A stretch of DNA of 32,000 bases from Candidatus Saccharimonadota bacterium (lineage in GTDB: Bacteria > Patescibacteriota > Saccharimonadia > Saccharimonadales > Saccharimonadaceae). Positions 9,243 to 16,944 of the stretch are shown piece after piece. The notes beneath the pieces were generated by a model. That model did no database searches. It had not been told where the DNA came from and saw only the letters and a program-made list of their open reading frames with translations. The first letter of the stretch is position 1. The number at the start of each line of letters is the position of its first letter. The DNA is taken from NCBI GenBank assembly GCA_002421785.1, contig DIRZ01000002.1, positions 1 to 32,000 of the forward strand, written 5' to 3'. A program made the position numbers and the translations under genes.

Positions 9243-10130
9243 CTAGCGCTCATTCATGCGGAGTGCCAGTTTGTTGCTAGAAATCCACATTTGGCTACCG
9301 CGATTCACGTCAATCTGGCTGCCATGACGCCCGGTCTTGGCGCCCACGACCAGTCGCTCGATGGTGGCGCGATCGAATTGTGTCAGACCGCGGTGGCGCA
9401 GCCAGCTAGCCATTACTTCACGAGCAACATTGTGCGGCAAATGGATGAACATCTGGCGATCCAGCACATCAAGCGATGGCTGCATGTGTAAATAATTGAC
9501 CAGGTGCGTTTCGAGTTCCTGGTTAATTTTGTCAGCCTCGCCCAAAAGCGTCGTCAGGCGTTGCCGCTGGGCAACAGTCAGCTTGGGCACCAGTCGATGG
9601 CGAATGTGATTGCGCAGATACACGGTATCGGCGTTGGTGCTGTCCTCGCGCCACTCCAGCCGATGCGCCAACGCATAGGCACGGAGCTGTCGCTTGGTCA
9701 TGTGTAGCAGCGGTCGACGAAGTTTTTCGTGGTCTTTAAGTGAGGTTAGTCCCCGCCGGTTCGTACCGCGTACCAGGTTGATGATGGCCGTCTCGATTTG
9801 GTCATCTTGATGATGTGCCATCAGGATGGCTCGTGCTTTGCTACTACGCTTCACGCGCTGAAGAAATTCATAACGAGCCCGGCGGGCAGTCGCTTCGTTG
9901 GCGTCCGGACCTAGTTTGCCCTCGCCGAACACGAATGGCAAACCATGGCTGGCGGCGACCCGCTGGACTAGCCGACGATCCGCCTCGGAATCATCACGAA
10001 TGCCGTGGTCGAAGTGCGCCACGACCAGCTTGACCCCGTCCATCTGACGTAACACATCGAGTAGCACCATCGAATCCACCCCGCCACTCACGGCGGCCAC
10101 ATAGATGCCCGGCTCGAGTTCAATCTTCAT
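9243..10130 (-). CDS. tilS: tRNA(Ile)-lysidine synthase TilS
   Basis: The PP-loop SGGVDS sits near the N-terminus. The protein is 295 aa. The tilS-ftsH gene order is the widely conserved one. Confidence 0.9.
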   Translation of the reverse strand: MKIELEPGIYVAAVSGGVDSMVLLDVLRQMDGVKLVVAHFDHGIRDDSEADRRLVQRVAASHGLPFVFGEGKLGPDANEATARRARYEFLQRVKRSSKARAILMAHHQDDQIETAIINLVRGTNRRGLTSLKDHEKLRRPLLHMTKRQLRAYALAHRLEWREDSTNADTVYLRNHIRHRLVPKLTVAQRQRLTTLLGEADKINQELETHLVNYLHMQPSLDVLDRQMFIHLPHNVAREVMASWLRHRGLTQFDRATIERLVVGAKTGRHGSQIDVNRGSQMWISSNKLALRMNER

Positions 10131-10145
10131 ATTATCATTATGCCA
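10131..10145 (-). promoter_or_regulatory. Extended -10 TGgCATAAT placed 6 nt upstream of the tilS ATG
   Basis: The minus strand reads TGGCATAATgataatATG. Confidence 0.45.
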
Positions 10146-10181
10146 CTAGCGGTTACGATTCGCACCCAAAGTCGGGCGCTG

Positions 10182-10194
10182 TATACTGCGGGAT
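10182..10194 (+). promoter_or_regulatory. -10 box TATACT placed 7 nt upstream of ATG 10195
   Basis: The sequence is TATACTgcgggatATG with no SD. Confidence 0.4.
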
Positions 10195-10761
10195 ATGAAA
10201 CTACTCTGCGCCACCAGCAACAGCATCAAATTCGGACTTGGCCAACAGATGTGCCGGCGCCACGGTATCGAGCTGGAGCAAATCGTCATCGAAGTAGATG
10301 AGATCCAAGGTGAAGATTCCGAGGAGATTCTACGACACAAAGCTCGCGCTGTCTTTGAACGATTACGCCAACCAGTCATCGTTACCGACGACTCATGGCG
10401 CATTCCCGCGCTCAACGGTTTTCCTGGCCCGTACATGAAATCGATGAACACATGGTTTACGCCGGACGATTTTTTGCGCTTGATGCACGGCGTCCGGGAC
10501 CGCTCGATCATACTCGAGCAACGCATCGCGTACATCGACGAAGCCGAAATAGTTACTTTCGAACATGACGTTCCGGGTCAGCTTGGCCAGAAGGCTAGCG
10601 GTAATTCGGACATCCCCATCACCAAACTCGTGCAACTGGACGTAGACAACGGCTTGAGTATGGCCGAGGTGTACGAACGAGGGCTAGAACACCAACCGGC
10701 CCGTATCGACAAGATGAGTGTGGCCTGGCAGGAGTTTGCCAAATGGTACAAAGCCCGCTAA
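10195..10761 (+). CDS. Non-canonical purine NTP pyrophosphatase (HAM1/RdgB/ITPase family)
   Basis: Family hallmarks are ATSNSIK near the N-terminus, EIQG, and TDDSWRIPALNGFPGPYMK. Confidence 0.8.
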   Translation: MKLLCATSNSIKFGLGQQMCRRHGIELEQIVIEVDEIQGEDSEEILRHKARAVFERLRQPVIVTDDSWRIPALNGFPGPYMKSMNTWFTPDDFLRLMHGVRDRSIILEQRIAYIDEAEIVTFEHDVPGQLGQKASGNSDIPITKLVQLDVDNGLSMAEVYERGLEHQPARIDKMSVAWQEFAKWYKAR

Positions 10762-10798
10762 TCACTAGCTGTTCCGAGATATTCAAATTCGTCTAGAC

Positions 10799-10807
10799 TG
10801 CTATACT
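10799..10807 (+). promoter_or_regulatory. Extended -10 TGcTATACT upstream of the TauE-like gene
   Basis: TGCTATACT lies 25 nt before ATG 10833. It sits in the loop of ACTGCT/AGCAGT. Confidence 0.4.
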
Positions 10808-10832
10808 GAAGCTTAAGCAGTAACACCAAAAC

Positions 10833-11603
10833 ATGACAGATATAATTTTATTTTTGGCGGGCATACTCGTAGGCGGCATCAATGCCATCGCTGGTGGTGG
10901 CATGCTAATCGGGTTCCCTATCCTGCTAGCGACCGGCATACCACCGCTGATGGCCAGTGCCACTACCGGCGTCATCGTACTACCCGGCAATATCGCGGCC
11001 GCGGTCGGCTATCGCTACTATTTGCGCAAAGTTCCGCGCAGCTATTTACTGCTGATTATACCGGTCATCATCGGGGCGGCCACCGGAACCATCCTTCTGC
11101 GTCACACCTCGCACGAAGCTTTTGCCAAATATATTCCTATCCTCATATTGCTGGCCGTCATCATCTTCGCCTTTCAACCCTTCTTGAATAAGTACGTCCA
11201 CGGGAACGTACATGGCCCGGCCAAAGTTCGTCGCCGCGTTTGGCCGATAGTTTGGACTGGTCTTGCCATATTTCCGCTAGCGGTGTACGGCGGATACTTT
11301 GGCGCGGGCTTTGGGTTCATCATGCTGTCGTTCTTTGGCTTTACCAGCTTGCGCGAACACCTCCACCGCATGAACGCGCTGAAAACTGTCATGACCACCT
11401 GTGTCGCCGCCACCGCGCTCGTCGTCTTGGTGGGCTCGGGATTGATCGACTGGCAGCACGGCATGGTAATGGCGGCCGGCAATCTCATTGGCGGCTACTA
11501 TGGCGCGACGGCCACCCAAAAGGTCAGCCTGCCAGCGATTCGCATCGCAATTCTCGTCATCGGTTGTGTCACAACCGTCTACCTCGGCCTCCGCAGCTAC
11601 TGA
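10833..11603 (+). CDS. TauE/SafE (TSUP, DUF81) family anion exporter
   Basis: The 256-aa protein has about 8 TM segments, an internal repeat and glycine-rich GGGMLIGFPILL. Confidence 0.8.
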   Translation: MTDIILFLAGILVGGINAIAGGGMLIGFPILLATGIPPLMASATTGVIVLPGNIAAAVGYRYYLRKVPRSYLLLIIPVIIGAATGTILLRHTSHEAFAKYIPILILLAVIIFAFQPFLNKYVHGNVHGPAKVRRRVWPIVWTGLAIFPLAVYGGYFGAGFGFIMLSFFGFTSLREHLHRMNALKTVMTTCVAATALVVLVGSGLIDWQHGMVMAAGNLIGGYYGATATQKVSLPAIRIAILVIGCVTTVYLGLRSY

Positions 11604-11793
11604 ACCGTAATCGTTATCCGTCACCGGCCTAGCCAACAGGGGCGGCTTTATCCTGGCGCAGGCGACAGTCAAGACAAGACCGCATTAATCCATGCTCCTA
11701 AATTTATTTTTTCAGACGACTATGGGGCCTAGACGCACGTCGCAAGATACGTCCAAGGCCTATGGCGCTTGTAGGCTCGACGTCGGCTTCAAA

Positions 11794-12117
11794 TCAGATG
11801 CCGGAATTTACGACAGCTATCCAATCGACTGCGATAATCAAGACGTAAACTGCAAATGTACCTATAAGCCAACTGTCGGGAGGTCGTTTCCTCAATTGGG
11901 CTCTTGCTACTAAGGTTATGGTAAGCAAAACCGCGGGCACTCCAGATAAGACTGCAAACAATTTCGTTCCCACTGGAGCTAGCCCAGGATCTGGCGTAAG
12001 CCAAAGGACGGTATCCCATACGAAGAAAAACGAAGAGATAGCAATGAAAGCATATGCCAATACTTTTACAGGGGTTAGTTTGTTTGGTTTTTGTGATTCA
12101 AGTTTTTTATTGCTCAT
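11794..12117 (-). CDS. Hypothetical small membrane protein (3 predicted TM)
   Basis: It is a 107-aa ORF with hydrophobic stretches in an AT-richer segment. I recognise no motif. Confidence 0.45.
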   Translation of the reverse strand: MSNKKLESQKPNKLTPVKVLAYAFIAISSFFFVWDTVLWLTPDPGLAPVGTKLFAVLSGVPAVLLTITLVARAQLRKRPPDSWLIGTFAVYVLIIAVDWIAVVNSGI

Positions 12118-12240
12118 ATAGAAATGATAACGGATTAATCCATTATTAGGGTTATGGACTTATCGGACGGCGAACATCCACGCTGAATAAGTATTGGCTC
12201 TGCCGACGGCTATATATAATGAAGCAGCACGTATTCATAG

Positions 12241-12269
12241 TAGTCAACAGGGGCAAACCATGCTACAAT
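12241..12269 (+). promoter_or_regulatory. Candidate promoter of the tRNA-Met locus
   Basis: The arrangement is TAGTCA-N17-TACAAT with an extended TGc. The -10 box lies in the loop of AACAGGGG/CCCCTGTT. Confidence 0.4.
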
Positions 12270-12390
12270 TTCCCCTGTTCTACATGAGACAAACCTGCGG
12301 TTTTTCTCATCGGCCAATCGGCAAAGCCGAGTTTGCAAGCAAACCAAGTTGGCCTGCTCTTTTCCCCTAACGTGCGGAGAGGAGTACGTA

Positions 12391-12515
12391 GCACCCCAAA
12401 ATCTTGAACCAAGGAGCCAAAGCGACTGTTCGTGATTTTGAGAGGAGGGCCGTAGCCGCAAGTCGAAGCTTTTGCGATACCTCGCAAAACGAGACAGAAG
12501 CGTACGGACCGACGA
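12391..12515 (+). ncRNA. Conserved structured tRNA leader element, copy 1
   Basis: It is about 80% identical to 28576-28705. Shared blocks are TTGAGAGGAGGGCCGTAGCCG, CGAAGCTTTTGCGATAC and GACCGACGA. A hairpin TTTTGCGA-TACC-TCGCAAAA lies at 12470-12489. It is non-coding because the two copies differ by indels. Confidence 0.5.
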
Positions 12516-12548
12516 GGCGGCGTAGCTCAGTTGGTTAGAGCACATTCA

Positions 12549-12657
12549 CATTTTGCATTTTCTTGTGGCGGCGTAGCTCAGTTGGTTAGAGCACAGGACT
12601 CATAAGCCTGGGGTCACAAGTTCAAGTCTTGTCGCCGCTACCAGAAGATGCAAAATG
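12549..12657 (+). repeat. 14-bp inverted repeat bracketing the inner tRNA
   Basis: The arms are CATTTTGCATTTTC (12549-12562) and GAAGATGCAAAATG (12644-12657). They form 13 Watson-Crick pairs plus 1 G-U. Confidence 0.85.
12567..12643 (+). tRNA. tRNA-Met(CAU), elongator type, intact
   Basis: The fold is GGCGGCG TA GCTC AGTTGGTTA GAGC A CAGGA CTCATAA GCCTG GGGTC ACAAG TTCAAGT CTTGT CGCCGCT A CCA. The D arm and variable region match E. coli elongator tRNA-Met as I recall it. Positions G1-U72 and A31-G39 are non-Watson-Crick. Confidence 0.85.
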
Positions 12658-12772
12658 CCAGGACTCATATTCGAGGACACGCACAGGAGCCTGCTCCGAG
12701 CATGCCGCAAGGATATACAACGTATAAGCCTGGGGTCACTGGTTCAAGTCCAGTCGCCGCTACCAAAATAAG

Positions 12773-12796
12773 TACCCGAATTCGTCGGGTATTTTT
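12773..12796 (+). terminator. Intrinsic terminator after the tRNA locus
   Basis: The hairpin is TACCCGA-attcg-TCGGGTA followed by TTTTT. Confidence 0.75.
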
Positions 12797-12799
12797 ATT

Positions 12800-12814
12800 T
12801 GGTAGTATATTTTC
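12800..12814 (+). promoter_or_regulatory. Extended -10 TGgTAGTAT placed 6 nt upstream of the Nudix ATG
   Basis: The sequence is TGGTAGTATattttcATG with no SD. Confidence 0.45.
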
Positions 12815-13348
12815 ATGAGTCAGTCAGAAATGATCGATGTGCTCGATCAGGACGGCAATGTCATCAAGACGATTAGCCGCGAAGAGGCCGAGCGCGATAA
12901 CCATCTGACCGAGAACGTGTTGGTTTTCGTCTTTGATACTCGTGGCAATGTATGGGCGCAACTGCGGCCAATGACGAAATCGCACTACCCCGGTCGCTGG
13001 GACATATCGGCTTGCGGCGGCGTGGTCAGCGGCGAATCTTCAGCCGAGGCAGCAGAGCGTGAAGCCCTGGAAGAAACCGGCCTACAGTTAGACCTAAAAT
13101 ACGTCGAGACTTTCCTGAATGTCTTCCCAGGCGATAACGGCGAAAATCGAAAGCGTCTGTCACATCTATATATCGGCATCAGTGATGAGGCACCAGCAGC
13201 CAACGACGAAGTCGATGACTTCAAAGCCTGGCAGCTCGATGACTTATTCGCAGACATCGCAGCAAATCCAGATAAATACATACCATCGTTCGAAATAGAG
13301 CTAGAAAAAGCGTTGACCGCTTACGCCGCCCGAACCAACCAAGCTTGA
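12815..13348 (+). CDS. Nudix hydrolase
   Basis: It carries a complete Nudix box, GGVVSGESSAEAAEREALEETGL (GX5EX7REUXEEXGU). Confidence 0.88.
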   Translation: MSQSEMIDVLDQDGNVIKTISREEAERDNHLTENVLVFVFDTRGNVWAQLRPMTKSHYPGRWDISACGGVVSGESSAEAAEREALEETGLQLDLKYVETFLNVFPGDNGENRKRLSHLYIGISDEAPAANDEVDDFKAWQLDDLFADIAANPDKYIPSFEIELEKALTAYAARTNQA

Positions 13349-13360
13349 TATACTGCCGAT
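13346..13360 (+). promoter_or_regulatory. Extended -10 TGaTATACT placed 6 nt upstream of the maf ATG
   Basis: The sequence is TGATATACTgccgatATG. The TGA is the Nudix stop codon. Confidence 0.45.
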
Positions 13361-13972
13361 ATGCAACGAATCATTTTGGCTAGTCAATCACCCCGTCGGC
13401 GCGAACTGTTGGCGGCCATGGGCGTGGACTTTGATGTCATCCCCAGCCAGTTCGACGAGCATTTGGACGACAGTCGCCAGACGGATGAGGTTGCCAAAGA
13501 ACTCGCCCTGGGCAAGGCCCTGGACGTCGCCCGGACATATCCCGATGCCATCGTCATCGGCTCGGACACCATCGTTACCACCGCGGATGGCAAACAACTC
13601 GAAAAGCCACATGATGCCGACGAGGCGCATGCCATGCTGGAAGGTTTGGCCGGCCAGACCAATATCGTCACCACCGGCTTAGCCGTGCTGCGCCTGAGCG
13701 ATAATACGCAATTGGTTGGCGCCGACAGCGTGTCGGTACTATTCAAGCCCTACGACGAAAAGACTGTGGCCGAATACGTCGCCACCGGCGACCCGCTCGA
13801 CAAAGCTGGTGGCTATGGCATCCAAAGCGGTGCCGCACCGTTGGTCGAAAACATGTCCGGTAACTACGACACCGTAATTGGGCTGCCCACTCACTTGCTG
13901 GCCGACTACCTCGAGCAACTAGGCGTCCAGGCGAAGCCTGTGAATATCACCCCGCCCGTCCCGACAAAATAA
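13361..13972 (+). CDS. maf: Maf-like nucleoside triphosphate pyrophosphatase
   Basis: Motifs are ILASQSPRRRELL and GSDTIV...KAGGYGIQ. Confidence 0.9.
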   Translation: MQRIILASQSPRRRELLAAMGVDFDVIPSQFDEHLDDSRQTDEVAKELALGKALDVARTYPDAIVIGSDTIVTTADGKQLEKPHDADEAHAMLEGLAGQTNIVTTGLAVLRLSDNTQLVGADSVSVLFKPYDEKTVAEYVATGDPLDKAGGYGIQSGAAPLVENMSGNYDTVIGLPTHLLADYLEQLGVQAKPVNITPPVPTK

Positions 13973-13973
13973 A

Positions 13974-13998
13974 ATAGCCCGTTTGACGGGGCTATTTT
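13974..13998 (+). terminator. Intrinsic terminator after maf
   Basis: The hairpin is ATAGCCC-N8-GGGCTAT followed by TTT. Confidence 0.7.
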
Positions 13999-14220
13999 AT
14001 CGTACGTACTAACTATGATTTGTGACTTAGAGTTTGTCGATCAATTTATCGATTCGTCGAAAATCTTTATTGGTCGTGGTTGCATATTCGAATGCTAGTC
14101 CAAAAATGTTTTTCATCTATGTCGTACCTTTTATTTTGTTAATGTTGTTTGTTTTGTGATCATCAAAACTATCCTGTAGTATACACAAGTTTGCGTATTT
14201 GTCAACATACTTATGCTTTG

Positions 14221-15360
14221 CTATTTGGATTTTGGAGTGAGTTCGGGCAATTCCACCTTGTGGGAAGAGCGGTTGAAGGCAACGTACATCTCGAGCGTGG
14301 TCACTATAAGTATCATGAGTACCGGCCCATAGACCACGCCGGCCGCACCGAAAGCGGCGATACCTGCAAAGACGGCCAACAACATCAGTGCCGTATCAAG
14401 ATGCGCATCAGCTGCCACCAATCGCGGCCGTAGCAGGTTATCAATGAATGACACGACCGTCAGATGGAAGATTATCACGAACAGACCCTGCCAAATGTTG
14501 CCGGTAAACAACAGGATGATACCGATCGGAATCGTCACCACGCCGCCGCCTAACGGTATGAAACTTAGGAAGGTCAAAATCACAAACAACAACCAGAAAT
14601 AATCGACTCCCACCACCCACAGGCTAGCGGCACTGGCCAGACCCTGGGCAACCGCAATTACGAACTGCCCCTTCACCATCGCCTTGGTCATTATGATGGC
14701 TCGGCGAATGTAGACATCCATGACATCACGATGGAATGGACTGAGCCCGCGAATGAAGTCCAATAGCTCTCGCTGGTAACGCAACATGGCCATGATCAAA
14801 AATATGGCCACGATGACCGTCGTCACGAAGCCGAAGAAGCCCAGGCCGACTTTCTTGAGCACACTCAGCAGCGCCTGCAGTGCCTGGGTCGCCCCCGACT
14901 TCAGCCAGCCATTCACCTTGGTCCGATCGATCTGGAGTGATTCGCCGCCCGGTAGCGCCGCCAATGTCTTGTTGGCGCGCTCGGTACCGGTGTTTATTAG
15001 CTCCTCAACGTTGGCATTACCAACACTGACGCCGGATTGTTTGATATCGTCCACGACCGAAGCGGCCTGGGTTATGCCAAGCCCGGTGATTATCAATAGA
15101 GGCAACACGGCGGCTACGGTCATCGACACCAGGGTCGCAGCCAGGGCAACTGCCTGGACATGTGTTTTGCGAAGTACCGTTTTGTATATGGGGTTGAATA
15201 CCAGGCTCAAGAGGGCGCTGAACAAAATCACACCTACGAAATTACGCAAAAAATATAGACCGCCAAGCAGCGCGATGATAGTGGCTATTCGCACTGCTGG
15301 CGGAATTTGTTTAACGCGGGTCGGAAGCTTGGTGGGCGCCATGTAGTTATTGTAACCCAT
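14221..15360 (-). CDS. AI-2E family transporter (PerM/UPF0118)
   Basis: The 379-aa protein has about 8 TM segments. The region LSFIPLGGGVVTIPIGIILL is typical of the family. Confidence 0.8.
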   Translation of the reverse strand: MGYNNYMAPTKLPTRVKQIPPAVRIATIIALLGGLYFLRNFVGVILFSALLSLVFNPIYKTVLRKTHVQAVALAATLVSMTVAAVLPLLIITGLGITQAASVVDDIKQSGVSVGNANVEELINTGTERANKTLAALPGGESLQIDRTKVNGWLKSGATQALQALLSVLKKVGLGFFGFVTTVIVAIFLIMAMLRYQRELLDFIRGLSPFHRDVMDVYIRRAIIMTKAMVKGQFVIAVAQGLASAASLWVVGVDYFWLLFVILTFLSFIPLGGGVVTIPIGIILLFTGNIWQGLFVIIFHLTVVSFIDNLLRPRLVAADAHLDTALMLLAVFAGIAAFGAAGVVYGPVLMILIVTTLEMYVAFNRSSHKVELPELTPKSK

Positions 15361-15376
15361 GTGCGCCCAGGTCGTA

Positions 15377-15952
15377 CTAGCGAGTCCGCACCGGCTTGGC
15401 CAGGACGGCGGCCTGCCGGTTCACGTCCATTGCCAGGGCGATTAGCAGCGGTCCGGTGATGAGCGCGTAAACGCCCAGTATCCACACGAACGCTACACCA
15501 CTTTTCTCGGGCTGGAACAACACTAGGACACCGGCAATCGCCGCCATAAGTCCCCCGATTATCATGACCGTCCGGTACATACTTGATCCGTCCTCGAACA
15601 GACCATCCACGACCTCAAACACGCCGCGTACCAGCAACGTGAAACCGACCAGCAGGATGAACGTCGCAAAGCTGACGCTCGGGTGACGCAGCAGATATAC
15701 ACCTACACCTACTTGCGCGACACCGAACAGCAGTGTCAGCATGCGCGTCAGCATGGACTGATCGGTCGCCACGAACCGAGTAAGTCCAAAAACCAGGTCC
15801 ATGACACCATTAATCAATATGAATGCGCTGAACAGATACACCAACGTCACCAGTGTCAGGCCGGGCCAGAATACGGCAGCGACCCCAAACAGTAACGCCA
15901 ACACGCCACGAAGCACTAGGCTCCCACTCAAGTTGGCAGCTTCTTGATACAT
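15377..15952 (-). CDS. HdeD/DUF308 family membrane protein
   Basis: The 191-aa protein has 6 TM segments and LRGVLALLFGVAAVFWPG-type repeats. AAGGAGGA lies 4 nt upstream of the ATG. Confidence 0.75.
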   Translation of the reverse strand: MYQEAANLSGSLVLRGVLALLFGVAAVFWPGLTLVTLVYLFSAFILINGVMDLVFGLTRFVATDQSMLTRMLTLLFGVAQVGVGVYLLRHPSVSFATFILLVGFTLLVRGVFEVVDGLFEDGSSMYRTVMIIGGLMAAIAGVLVLFQPEKSGVAFVWILGVYALITGPLLIALAMDVNRQAAVLAKPVRTR

Positions 15953-16071
15953 ACACTCCTCCTTTTACCTCAACTGTTCCCAAGCTAAATATCCATCCCA
16001 CAAATTCACGCGTCTGTAAATTATCTTACAGTTTATCTGGGCGTCAGAGACTTATAGATTAGGCCGACACG

Positions 16072-16863
16072 TCACGTACATGCCACGACCGCTCCGCCAA
16101 TATCACGGAGCCAGTTCTTCATGTCGGATCCCGCCTGTGCCAATCTTATGATGAGCTGGGCCTGCGTCGCGGGATCGATTCCCGTAGGAGTACCGTCGGT
16201 CAGCCGAGCTACGAATACATCGACTAGGGGCAGATATTTTCGGGTCAGCCGATGTCGCCGGTTGTGATCCGGCACTTCATGCAGCCGGAAACCGTTGGAA
16301 ACAAAATCAAACATCTTCACATGCAATACGTCCGGGTCTTCTATGGCACCTCTGACATGCTCGACATAAAGGGCATCCTTGGCTTCCCGCGTCGGTTTGC
16401 GCCCTTGCCTCCTCAGTTCCGCGGCGAAATCAGGATTCGTCAGCGCCGCATCCAGGCGGGCCACCTTTGGGCCGAACCGGAACTCTAGATAGCCGAGAGC
16501 CAGCTGCACATCATCTTCGCCAGCCAGCCCCGCCTCACGCGCCTTGGCAACAAGTTTGGGCGCATGATCCTCGACCGAGTCATGCATCAAGGCGGCGATG
16601 ACCTTATCGACATCGGGTGTGGCCGAAGTTCGCAACACATTGTGCGCCACCTCGAGCGGATGCTCGATATAAGGCACTCCGTCCGAGCGATCATCCTGGT
16701 CGATATGGACTTCGCACATCAGCCATAGCGCATCCTCCACCTGACGGCGTTCGTCACCTTCAAAAACAGCATCTAGAGTTGTCTGGAATTCGGCGACAGC
16801 CTCCAGCGTCCTCGGTTGGAGGTTCTGGGCTATGAGATCACGCTCGCCTGGCCTATCTTCCAT
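16072..16863 (-). CDS. HD-domain protein resembling the RelA/SpoT (p)ppGpp hydrolase domain
   Basis: Motifs are YIEHPLEVAHNVL and AALMHDSVEDH. There is no synthetase domain. Confidence 0.6.
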   Translation of the reverse strand: MEDRPGERDLIAQNLQPRTLEAVAEFQTTLDAVFEGDERRQVEDALWLMCEVHIDQDDRSDGVPYIEHPLEVAHNVLRTSATPDVDKVIAALMHDSVEDHAPKLVAKAREAGLAGEDDVQLALGYLEFRFGPKVARLDAALTNPDFAAELRRQGRKPTREAKDALYVEHVRGAIEDPDVLHVKMFDFVSNGFRLHEVPDHNRRHRLTRKYLPLVDVFVARLTDGTPTGIDPATQAQLIIRLAQAGSDMKNWLRDIGGAVVACT

Positions 16864-16901
16864 CTACGAGTAATTAAGACAGCCTTAGGCGCACCTGTCA
16901 A
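16864..16901 (-). promoter_or_regulatory. Promoter TTGACA-N18-TTAATT, -10 placed 8 nt upstream of the ATG
   Basis: The minus strand reads TTGACAggtgcgcctaaggctgtcTTAATTactcgtagATG. Confidence 0.45.
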
Positions 16902-16944
16902 TACCATGTCGGCCTAAAGCGGTAACCGGTTAATATAGCTCAGC

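Larger units (their letters stand above)
12516..12765 (+). tRNA. Outer tRNA-Met(CAU)-like gene in three pieces (12516-12544, 12661-12669, 12727-12765); function uncertain
   Basis: The joined pieces give a 77-nt cloverleaf. It is identical to the inner tRNA apart from two compensatory T-stem base pairs. It ends in CCA at 12765. Confidence 0.5.

Noticed and set aside
12210-12545. Minus-strand ORFs 12210-12545 and 12263-12487, and their look-alike 28530-28769, with similar peptides (IAKAS..GYGPPL)
   Set aside because: The similarity comes from nucleotide conservation of the tRNA leader. The copies differ by 1-2-nt indels that break any common frame. The ORFs also run into tRNA genes.
12670-12726. 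Group I intron in the anticodon loop
   Set aside because: At 57 nt it is far too short for a group I core, and I found no P3-P7-like pairings. I also could not build a convincing bulge-helix-bulge motif, so the mechanism is left open.
14027-14116. A 29-aa minus-strand ORF (MKNIFGLAFEYATTTNKDFRRIDKLIDKL) downstream of the AI-2E transporter
   Set aside because: It has only a weak AAAGG 11 nt upstream and no other support, so it is not annotated.
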